A stretch of DNA of 63,973 nucleotides, filler included, from Bigelowiella natans CCMP2755 (Eukaryota; Protista; Cercozoa), in the NCBI GenBank assembly GCA_000320545.1. It is 9 parts of 9 records of this genome, joined end to end, with 100 filler letters (N's around TTAATTAATTAA, not from the genome) between each part and the next. Parts side by side here need not be neighbours in the genome. Positions count along the whole stretch, not along the records: positions 1 to 31,601 come from ADNK01000808.1; 8 more parts are not named here. One strand, given 5' to 3'. This document shows, one piece after another, positions 13,525 through 23,014 of the stretch (within the stretch, counting starts at the first letter, position 1; the number at the start of each line of letters is the position of its first letter). Under the pieces are notes generated by a model. The model was not told the origin of the DNA and searched no databases. It saw nothing but the letters and a program-made list of their open reading frames with translations. Both the position numbers and the translations under genes were made by a program.

Positions 13525-13795
13525 AAAGCTCAATTTACTATGATTGAGCTTTTATTCGAAAAAGCTCAAAGCTCATTGGGCTTTTTCAAATTTCGCCCCC
13601 GAGCTTTCGCCTCAATATGAGGCAGTTTCGCTCGCTGCTCGCTCAGCAGGCACAGCAAGTTCTAAATTGCTTGCTGACCGAGTCTGAGCACCTATGGGTC
13701 ACCACAGACCCGAAAGCTCGCGATTCAAAAAAAGCTCAATTAGCAGAAGCTCAAAGCTCAAGCTCATTGAGCTTTACTTTGAAGCATTGAGCTTT
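13525..13795. promoter_or_regulatory. Array of AAGCTC/GAGCTT motifs in the bidirectional intergenic region of A (mirrored in B at about 21400-21675)
   Basis: About a dozen aagctc/gagctt hexamers in both orientations between the divergent starts; function inferred only. Confidence 0.4.
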
Positions 13796-14094
13796 CATCG
13801 CAGGCACGCGGATATTATCATCCTTTGCGTGCCCGAGTGCCTTGGCGAGACTGCCATCAGCACTTGTCGCTCTGGCAAGAACGACTGCGATGTTTCCAAA
13901 ACAAGATTCCGGGAGCACCGCACCGTGCTTTAATTTCGCGCGGGAAGAACTTCCGGAATCTTGACTTTAGAAGTTATTCGGGGTTCGTGTTGTCTCGATG
14001 TTAAGCAACAGCAGCAACAACATCGACGACGAACACCCAAACATAACTCAAATTGACTGTCGAGCTTTAAACTAAAGAAACACCGCAACTTTAA

Positions 14095-14877
14095 ATGGGG
14101 CTCAAATGGACCAACGAGATGGACAGAAAGCTCAAGGGGGGGATAAAGACTATCCCCGTAGACAAGCTCTCTCGCCCCTGGGTCTACCTGGCTAAGACAT
14201 ACTTTAGCTCAGGGAGAGGCCGGGCCAATCCTGGCCAAATAAAGAGAAGAGCTCGAACCCTTGAGCTAAAGCCTTCCTCCAAGCAGAGCGATGATCGCGT
14301 CCCCTCTTCCAGCTCCAGGAAAAGGAGGAGGGAGGACAGCGACTTGAGCTGCTCGGAGGAAGACGACATAGAGCAAGAGCAACTACAGGAGGCCATGGAA
14401 GGCCTCCTGCGGGGACCTGATCCCTTCGAACTTAAGTGCAAACAAGGCACTTGGATGCTGATGAACAGGATCAGCAGAGCCTCATATAAGTTCGAAGTGG
14501 ACAAGGTCCACCGAATGATAAAGGTAACTTTATTCGTAACTTTGTTGCATGTTCATTTGTCAGCATGCATTCATATCAACTGAGGCACGTTGATGTGAAT
14601 GCATGCACTTTTTGACTTTCAGGTGAAACTGAAAGTCAAACCACCGAAAGACTCTGAGGATGTGAAAGAGTTCTCATCCAAGAGTGTGTCGGTGAAGTCC
14701 TTGCTGCGCAAGGTGAAGGTCCCGGCCACGCACCACGAATGCAACATTCGGGTGCCAGCCGGGACGACTCTGGAGAAGTTCGAAGTTAAGCAAACGGGGA
14801 GGTATGTCGGGGTTTATTTTCACGAGGAGTCGGTGTGGGACGGTGACACCAAGGAACTCCCCAGTGAATCCGAGTAG
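14095..14877 (+). CDS. Myb/SANT-like accessory protein of element A with C-terminal beta-sandwich (alpha-crystallin/HSP20-like) domain; intron 14524-14622; 227 aa
   Basis: KWTNEMDRKLKGG...PWVYLAKTYF...NPGQIKRRARTL fits Myb/SANT; the in-frame splice gives RMIK|VKLKVKPP; the C-terminus is homologous to the element C partner gene. Confidence 0.75.
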
Positions 14878-15635
14878 CCGGTGTGGCCCCCGTTTGCTTT
14901 GTCTTTCACTGTTTGCCATGCCTGCACACTTGCACGTCGCAGTGTGCAGTTTTGCTTTCGTAACATTGCTTGTTGCACAACACTGTGCATTGGTGCATTG
15001 GCTGCACGCACTGCCATGCTGTGCCCGAGCAGCACGCCACGCTGCTGGTGAGACTGCCTGCACGTGAAGTGCCCACCTCACGCATCGCACAGCTGCAACA
15101 ATGAAGTGCAATGCGACGACGGCGCGCAGCTGGCAGCCAGCTGCGCTGCGCACAACGCGCGCCGACGAAACGCAGACACTTGTAGACGAGCAGCTCTGCA
15201 CGCACGACATGGCAAAACGCACGATTCCTGCACGCAGCAGCACATGCTGCTGCGTCAAGTTGTGAATCAAAGACGTCTTTGTGCAATGATTTGCTGCCAC
15301 GTTCGCACGCAGCTAGCGTGCAGCTGCGCCGCTCGCATTGCAGCAATGCAGCGTGCAATGCGCAATGCACGCACGCGCAATCCAGAATGCTCACGTGCAC
15401 CGAACCGTGCAAGCCATGCAACAGCACGCGGCAGCGCATGCTTGTGTGTCGTGCGCACCGCTTTCGATGTTGCTCACATTGCTGTGCGCATTGTTTCAAA
15501 ACGGCATTTTGCTCCAAAACTGCATTTTGTGCAACGCTTTGTGCACCAATGCACAGTGTTGTGCAACAAGCAATGTTGCGAAAGCAAAACTGCACACTGC
15601 GACGTGCAAGTGTGCAGGCATGGCAAACAGTGAAA

Positions 15636-16159
15636 GGGCATTGTTAAATCACGCGTTCCAGCGCCAAAAGTGCGCAATGTGTCGTTGATGTTGACCTTTG
15701 ATCATTGCATGTCGGTTTGATGGGCGCGGGAAGCATGCATGTGCTCATTTCACCGCATTGTCACCTCACGACAGCGCACCTGGCCAGCCATCTCGCATTT
15801 TTGTTTTGACACAAAGTGGCTTCTACGTGCCTCACATTCGTGCCACTTTCTCTTCGCCTCTGATGACATCGAGCGCTTTGCTGCGTTTTGTGCGCTTGCG
15901 TTGCGTGCTAGCGTGTGCCATTCGCAACGCTCACAATTGATCGAGCGGGAAGGGGGCAAAGTGCATGCGCAATCGGTCAGTCGGCATTGGGCCCATTGGA
16001 TGTCAATTGAAGCACGAGTTGTGACGACTGTCACCGATCTGACGGCTAATCCTTTTCCAACGGCTAGACGACGGGCAGACGGGCGCGCGCGCGTCTGCGT
16101 GCACTGCAGTGCATCACAGCTAGCAGGTTTGGCTCACGCACATGCATGACATGGTTGCA
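15636..16159 (+). repeat. Left TIR of element C
   Basis: Reverse complement of 19763-20283 with few differences, several of them TA versus CA/TG. Confidence 0.9.
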
Positions 16160-16675
16160 TCAGGATTCGTGGTGCAGATGCGGGCTTTGTTGGAAACCCA
16201 TGGATGACAAAATGGCATCATCGTCTGACGATGATCCAGACGATGAAATCAGGTCAATCACGTCAGCCTCCAGAGCCTTTCTCTCTCTGTAGGTGGGTCT
16301 CTGGGCCCTCTGGCTGCTGCAATCATCCCAACAACCGCTGTCGTTTCGGTTGTTGGAAATCACACTCTCCTCGTCACTGGGCCGATGGGAAGATTCAGAG
16401 GGCCGAGAGGCCAAGCTGCAGAGAGAATCCGCGGAACCGAGAGTGGCGCTGCTGTCGTCGCAATCGCCGCTCTCATGGTCCTCGGATGCCTCGTGTGGGT
16501 CGCAATCATCGTCGTGTTCGCATTCGTCATCACCACTCTCACGCGAAGAAGAAACAGAAAAATCATCTTTCAATGCAACCAGTTCCTTGTGCACAGTGTC
16601 GAGCTCAGGTTGTTCAATGTTCAGGAAACACGTGGGCGTCTGTCTCTGCGGTGGTCGAGGCAATGAAGTCTTCAT
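16160..16675 (-). CDS. Possible third ORF of element C (acidic, Ser-rich, 171 aa)
   Basis: Open frame with D/E/S-rich composition downstream of the Myb gene; ORF openness is inflated by loss of TA-containing stops. Confidence 0.25.
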   Translation of the reverse strand: MKTSLPRPPQRQTPTCFLNIEQPELDTVHKELVALKDDFSVSSSRESGDDECEHDDDCDPHEASEDHESGDCDDSSATLGSADSLCSLASRPSESSHRPSDEESVISNNRNDSGCWDDCSSQRAQRPTYRERKALEADVIDLISSSGSSSDDDAILSSMGFQQSPHLHHES

Positions 16676-16708
16676 TCGCGTGGGGATGACGGGATGAGAA
16701 GGGGTTTG

Positions 16709-17407
16709 TCAAAAACCTGGTTCGTCGTCATCGTCAGACGCTCCTAGAATCATTTGTTCTTTTGTGACTGATGGGATGCACACGCCTGCCCAATGGTCAT
16801 TTTTCGCACAGGTAGCAGAGGTCAGGAGCAAGTCATCTGGTGCCGTCATTGCGAAATTGTGTGTCACGTTCCCGGTGAAGTGGCAATCGATGTGACGCAA
16901 TGTGTCTTTTGTGTCGCCGGCCTGTTGCCCTTTTCTCCCGAATTTGCCCAAATCCTTTGCAATTTTTGGAGGTTTGCAAGTTGCTCTGACCTCCACCATG
17001 CTGTGAAGTGGCTCCATCACAAATTGGCACTTGATCAGTGGTGTTTTCTGCCACATCAACCATGCCCCCCCGCTTCCTTTCAAGTTGAAAGGCTGGGGAC
17101 CATTGTTCAACATTTTTTCAAGGTCATCCAAACGCGAGTCCATTGTCGCGTTGTTCAATTCCTCCTTTGAGGATTTGAGGGGTTCAATGCTTAGTCTGGA
17201 TCGTTTGTGAGGGTGCTCGGAAGACTTTGGCTGCTTTCTTTTTTTCAGATCAACATCCAAACGTGTTGTTTTGTTCCTCACTTGGACGCTCGCAAATTTT
17301 CCATTGAATGAGTTGGTGCTAATCCATTTCCAAGGAGTTGGGCAATTCTCCGGAACCATGGCAATCCCCTTTCGAAGTGTTTCCATGTTTTCCACAGTCC
17401 ACTTCAT
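16709..17407 (-). pseudogene. Myb/SANT + alpha-crystallin-like accessory gene of element C (Tyr codons converted)
   Basis: MKWTVENMETLRKG...PWKWISTNSFNGKFASVQVRNKTTRL; GPQPFNLKGSGGAW...KPPK...WAGVCI parallels GPDPFELKCKQGTW...KPPK...YVGVYF of A; no Tyr in 232 aa. Confidence 0.75.
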
Positions 17408-18331
17408 TCTGCGGGGGTTGGTTCAGGTCCAGTTTGTTCAGGTCGGAGGCTTGGAGTCAAGGTCAGAGAGGTCAGAGAGATGCAAACACCTGAGAGCTGA
17501 GCGCGTTTGAGTTTTGCGCACTTGCCTGATCGATTGCGCAGTTGTTGACACTGCCCACGTGCATTCGGAGGGAAGGTGTTTCGCTTGACTTTTCCGCGCC
17601 CATTTGTTTCGCTCAACGTTTCCGCGCCGCGCCCACTTCCCACGTTCTGAATCTGCAATCTCAAATGTCAGTGTTTTGACACTCTGTGCAATTTCAAGGA
17701 AAAAAATGACAATGACAAAAACAATGAACTGCAACAAAAGTGACAATGAAAACACAAACAACAAAACAAAACAAAAAATTGAACAAGAATGACCATTCAT
17801 TTTTCCCCCAAAAAAATGAGTTTCCGAGCGCACAAAAATGAAAACTTGTGAACGCGTTCTTTGTGTTCTTTCCTTCTGCTTTCAACAGCCGTCTTCTTGC
17901 TGCATGAACCTTTTTGTTCAAGTGTTTTGCCGATGTCATCTGCCATTGATGCAGCAGAAGATGACATCGGGCAAACTTGTGGGTGGAAAGCACTTTTGAA
18001 CGAGAAGACGGGCGAAAACCTAAAAATCGAACGCGTTCAGAACGCGTCCATGAACGCGTTCTGAACGTGTTTTTTTCCGAAATGAACAGGTCATTTTTGA
18101 TTTCAAAATGAGACTTTGACATGGCATTTTGAGTGTTCCTTTTGAAATTTTCAAAAAATCGTTTTTGGCGCCTTTGCACCTTGCTCATTTTTTTGGGTAC
18201 TTTCAGTGTGGACATCTTCAACGCGTCATTTTGTGTGGCTGGAAAACATTGCAACGGGCATGGTCGCGTAGCTGTGCGCCCATTGCAACGGAGGTCGGTC
18301 ACGCAGTTGCCAAACACAAAGCCACACCAGA

Positions 18332-19552
18332 ATGGTCTGTGCCGACGACTGCAGAGACATTTCCATGATGACATTCAAGCGTCACTTCTTCAGATGTAGA
18401 CATGGCACATTCAAGGCAATCACAGGGTTGACAATGGATGAGTTCTTGTGCTTGCATTTTCGGCATGCAAAGCCGAACGGGATGGGCATTGAACATTGCA
18501 TGTTGACTCAACACTTTGCATGGAGATGTCCGACGACTGAAGAAGGAGCTGCTGTGTGGCGATGTTGCAGACAAACACACGCTGACAAAGCTCTTTCAGG
18601 GACAGGCACACTCGGCACAGTGGTGAGACACAATGAGACAAAGAAAGAAAACAGATTCAAAGACAGGATCATTCTCCATGGTCCTGCATCATGCTGCAGC
18701 ATGATGACTGACTGCGCCGATTTTTGTGTGACCAAACCTGCAACCAAAGAGGAGCAAAAAAGGCACTGGACGTTCAAGCGAAGGTCTTTCGCTCACAGAC
18801 ATGGAACAGCAGTTGGTGTCACGACTGGAGATTTGTGTTGGGTGTCTGAAGGTGATCCAGCTGGATCAAAGGGAGATTTGACGATCACCCGAAGAGATGG
18901 ATCATTGGAGGGCATGAAATTTTTCGAACGAATGGGAGCGGATGGCGCTCACCTTTGCAAAAAAGACCCAGAAATGACATGCCCACACAGAAAAAAGAGG
19001 AACCAGTCTCTCACCCAAGCCCAACGACAATGGAACACGGAATTCAGCAGACACAGATCAACAGTGGAAAACGTGTTCAGTCGCGTTGAACAATTCAACA
19101 GCATGCGGAAGTGGAGACACAAGAGAGAAATGCACCCAGCTCTTGCTCATTGCGTGTTTGGAGTCGTGCAAATCAAAAACAGATTCAGACCAGTGCGCAA
19201 TGTGGACAGGAGTTCAATCGACAACACAACATCGTGGGCCCAAGCAGAAGCCAATGGTGTGCCAACAATCCCTGGCAATCAAGTAGCAGCGCGCAGAAAC
19301 AGGGCCAAGAGAAAGGCTGCTGCAATGGCCAACGAGGACACAGACAGTGACTCTGATGCACCACCTGCTCCAGCTCCAGCTGCTTTTAACGTCAACATTG
19401 CGGACGGCTTAGCTTTGGAAATGAGAAACAGAGAATGCATGAGAGAAGTGTTGAGAGAACACAAAGATGGTGAGAGGAGAGACAGATCAATGAGAAGGAA
19501 AATGCGTGCACAGGGAAGACATGACAGGACTAACCCTGACAATGAACAATGA
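18332..19552 (+). pseudogene. DDE transposase of element C (open frame but no Tyr; DGAY->DGAH)
   Basis: MTDCADFCVTKP, RHGTAVGVTTGDLCWVS, GADGAHLCKKDP, RSTVENVFSRVEQF; colinear with the A/B transposase. Confidence 0.88.
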
Positions 19553-19762
19553 CATGCTGAAACACAACAATGTGCAATGCAATGAACGGTGGAATGATTC
19601 GAAACTTGTCGCTTGCTTGCTCAGCTTTGCCGTCCCAATTCCACCATCGTGATGACGAGAAATCACGTGCAACACTGCAATTGAAATGTCACCATGTCAC
19701 CGCACAGCAGGGCAACGCGCTCGATTTGCAATGAACAAACATTGTGTTCAATCCGACACGTC

Positions 19763-20283
19763 TGCAACCATGTCATGCATGTGCGTGAGCCCAACCTGCT
19801 AGCTGTGATGCACTGCAGTGCACGCAGACGCGCGCGCGCCCGTCTACTCGTCTAGCCGTTGGAAAAGGATTGGCCGTCAGATCGGTGACAGTCGTCACAA
19901 CTCGTGCTTCAATTGACATCCAATGGGCCCAATGCCGACTGACCGATTGCGCATGCACTTTGCCCCCTTCCCGCTCGATCAATTGTGAGCGTTGCGAATG
20001 GCACACGCTAGCACGCAACGCAAGCGCACAAAACGCAGCAAAGCGCTCGATGTCTTCAGAGGCGAAGAGAAAGTGGCACGAATGTGAGGCACGCAGAAGC
20101 CACTTTGTGTCAAATCAAAAGTGCGAGATGGCTGGCCAGGTGCGCTGTCGTGAGGTGACAATGCGGTGAAATGAGCACATGCATGCTTCCCGCGCCCATC
20201 AAACCGACATGCAATGATCAAAGGTCAACATCAACGACACATTGCGCACTTTTGGCGCTGGAACGCGTGATTTGACAATGCCC
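19763..20283 (-). repeat. Right TIR of element C
   Basis: Inverted copy of 15636-16159. Confidence 0.9.
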
Positions 20284-20312
20284 AAAGACAAAGCAAACGG
20301 GGGCCACACCGG

Positions 20313-21095
20313 CTACTCGGATTCACTGGGGAGTTCCTTGGTGTCACCGTCCCACACCGACTCCTCGTGAAAATGAAGCCCGACATGCCTCCCCGTTTGC
20401 TCAACTTCGAACTTCTCCAGAGTCGTCCCGGCTGGCACCCGAGTGTTGCATTCGTGGTGCGTGGCCGGGACCTTCACCTTGCGCAGCAAGGACTTCACCG
20501 ACACACTCTTGGATGAGAACTCTTTCACATCCTCAGAGTCTTTCGGTGGTTTGACTTTCAGTTTCACCTGAAAGTCAAAAAGTGCATGCATTCACATCAA
20601 CGTGCCTCAGTTGATGTGAATGCATGCTGACAAATGAACGTGCAACAAAGTTGCGAACAAAGTTGCCTTTGTCATTCGGTGGACCTTGTCCACTTCGAAC
20701 TTGTGTGAGGCTCTGCTGATCCTGTTCATCAGCATCCAAGTGCCTTGTTTGCACTTGAGTTCGAAGGGATCAGGTCCCCGCAGGAGGCCTTCCATGGCCT
20801 CCTGTGGTTGCTCTTGCTCCATGTCGTCTTCCTCCGAGCAGCTCAAGTCGCTGTCCTCCCTCCTCCTTTTCCTGGAGCTGGAAGAGGGGACGCGATCATC
20901 GCTCTGCTTGGAGGAAGGCTTCAGCTCAAGGGTTCGAGCTCTTCGCTTTGTTTGGCCAGGATTGGCCCGGCCTCTCCCTGAGCTGAAGCATGTCTCAGCC
21001 AGGTGGACCCAGGGGCGAGAGAGCTTGTCCACGGGGATGGTCTTTGTCCCCCCCTTGAGCTTTCTGTCCATCTCGTTGGTCCATTTGAGCCCCAT
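20313..21095 (-). pseudogene. Myb/SANT accessory gene of copy B (hypermutated)
   Basis: Same as 14095-14877 but I->T, Y->H, Y->C, L->P, K->E substitutions, nearly all from TA->CA/TG. Confidence 0.85.
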
Positions 21096-21709
21096 TTGAA
21101 GTTGCGGTGTTTCTTCAGTTCAAAGCTCGACAGTCAATTTGAGTTGTGTTTGGGTGTTCGTCGTCGATGTTGTTGCTGCTGTTGCTTGACATCGAGACAA
21201 CACGAACCTCGAATGACTTCCAAAGTCAAGATTCCGGAAGTTCTTCCCGCGCGAAATTGAAGCACGGTGCGGTGCTCCCGGAATCTTGTTTTGGAAACAT
21301 CGCAGTCGTTCTTGCCAGAGCGACAAGTGCTGCATGGCTGATGGCAGTCTCGCCAAGGCACTCGGGCACGCAAAGGATGATGACATCCGCGTGCCTGCGA
21401 TGAAAGCTCAATGCTTCAAAGTGAAGCTCAATGAGCTTGAGCTTTGAGCTTCTGCCAATTGAGCTTTTTTTGAATCGCGAGCTTTCGGGTCTGTGGTGAC
21501 CCGTGGGTGCTCAGACTCGGTCAGCAAGCAATTTGGAACTTGCTGTGCCTGCTGAGCGAGCAGCGAGCGAAACTGCCTCACATTGAGGCGAAAGCTCGGG
21601 GGCGAAATTTGAAAAAGCCCAATGAGCTTTGAGCTTTTTCGAACAAAAGCTCAATCACAGCAAATTGAGCTTTTTTTTTTTTTTTTTGACTTGGAGTCAG
21701 GCCACACAC

Positions 21710-23014
21710 ATGAGCAGGAGGGCGGGCTCTTTTGCAACGTGTGCCCTTTTTGCTTCTCCCGTTGCCCTCATGCTCTTGACCTCCTTTCCCCTCGCAGAGC
21801 CGCTGAGGAGAGGGAAGCTTGGGTCGAACTGTGTGAAAGATGCTTTCACAGGTTCTCGAATGAGGCCTGGGTGTCCATGTTCGGCCTGAGCTTGCAGGAG
21901 GTGCAACACTTGTGGGACAAGCATCGTCACGAGACGGGCCTTCTCAGGAAGGACGTGCTGCTGGCCCTGCACTTCGTGTGGGTGCATCCCACGCAACAGC
22001 AGGGTGCAGCAACATGGAAAATGCACAGAAACACTTGCAATTGCAAGTGCTGGGTTCCCGTCGTGACCCTTGGGGCCCACATGCACGAAATCAAGTTGGA
22101 AGCCAGAAAGAGCAACTTGATTCGTGCAAGTGGGCCTGCATCGCATGTGACGTTGCACGTCGATGCGACAGATTGCCCCATTGGCAAGCCCAAATTGAAG
22201 GAAGACCAGAGACGCTTCTGGACCTTCAAAAACAGGGCTTTCGCCAAACGATGCGTGGCCGCCGTGTCTGCATCCACCGGCGACCTGTGCTGGGTGAGCA
22301 GCGGACATCCCGCTGCCACCTCTGACCTCTCCATCGTTCGGGGAGAGGCTGGGGGGGGGGGGGAACGGCTCGACACTCAAGCAGAGTGGTTCGAGCGCAT
22401 TGGTGGGGATGGGGCGCACTTGTGTAGGCGAGACCCGAAGTGCGTCACTCCCCGCAGGAAACCTCGTGGGAGGCCCATGCCTGCTGCTGACAGTGACAGC
22501 AACAGGGCATTTGGTGCCACACGAGTGATCGTGGAGAACGTGTTCTCCCGATTGAAAGGTTGGAGGGTGATGACCTCGTGGAGGCATCACAGAGACCTCC
22601 ACGACGTTGCTGCGTCCCTGGTGTTCCAGCTGACACAGGTGAACGCATGCAAACGTCCACTTGCCTCGTGACCTCACGTGCACGCATGCCCAACAGGTCA
22701 AGAACAAGTTCAGACCTGTCAGGGCAAACTCCCGCAACCAGCGCGGTGTCAAACGCAGCTGGGACGTGGCCAGGGCCACTGGCTCTGTGCCACGTGCAAA
22801 AAGGCCTGCCAATGCACGCAGCATTGGCAGCAGAGCGTCAGCTCCTGCAGGTGAGCGGCGCGCACGGAAGCCTCGTTCCTCCTCGCGGCATGCTGCAGCA
22901 CAGGACGCTGCAATGCGCAGGTGGGAGGCTCAACTGATGAAAATGCACGCCCGAGACAGCAGGGCAGACAGAGTGCGGCAGCGGGCCCTCGCAAGAGACG
23001 AGCAGAGGCCGTGA
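21710..23014 (+). pseudogene. DDE transposase of copy B; exons 21710-21738, 21798-22638, 22697-23014 (hypermutated, frame intact)
   Basis: ELCERCFH, QHLWDKHRH, NTCNCKCW, GDGAHLC versus ELYERYFH, QYLWDKYRY, NTYNYKCW, GDGAYLC in A. Confidence 0.88.

Larger units (their letters stand above)
11744..15538 (-). mobile_element. PIF/Harbinger-type DNA transposon, copy A (same family as B, nested in B in opposite orientation, coding core unmutated)
   Basis: 22-bp TIRs agcgttgcacaaaatgcagttt / aaactgcattttgtgcaacgct; flanks TTA (11741-43) and TTG (15539-41) match a TTA TSD with one TA->TG change; divergent transposase and Myb/SANT genes. Confidence 0.88.
15636..20283 (+). mobile_element. Second PIF/Harbinger-type family, element C, with ~520-bp TIRs, inserted into B; TpA-hypermutated
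   Basis: Begins gggcattgtt, ends gacaatgccc; 3-bp TSD AAA (15633-35 / 20284-86). The empty site cagtgaaagac is seen in copy A (reverse complement of about 14901-14911). Confidence 0.9.

Noticed and set aside
12640-14880. Classical RIP (CA/TG->TA) acting on copy A
   Set aside because: A carries the conserved GDGAY and normal Tyr content with no new stops; B and C are implausibly Tyr-free and TA-free, so the change runs TA->CA/TG.
11197-15538. One element with 540-bp TIRs (11197-11738 / 15001-15538)
   Set aside because: The apparent long TIR is B's end facing A's homologous end; true 22-bp termini and TSDs resolve two nested copies.
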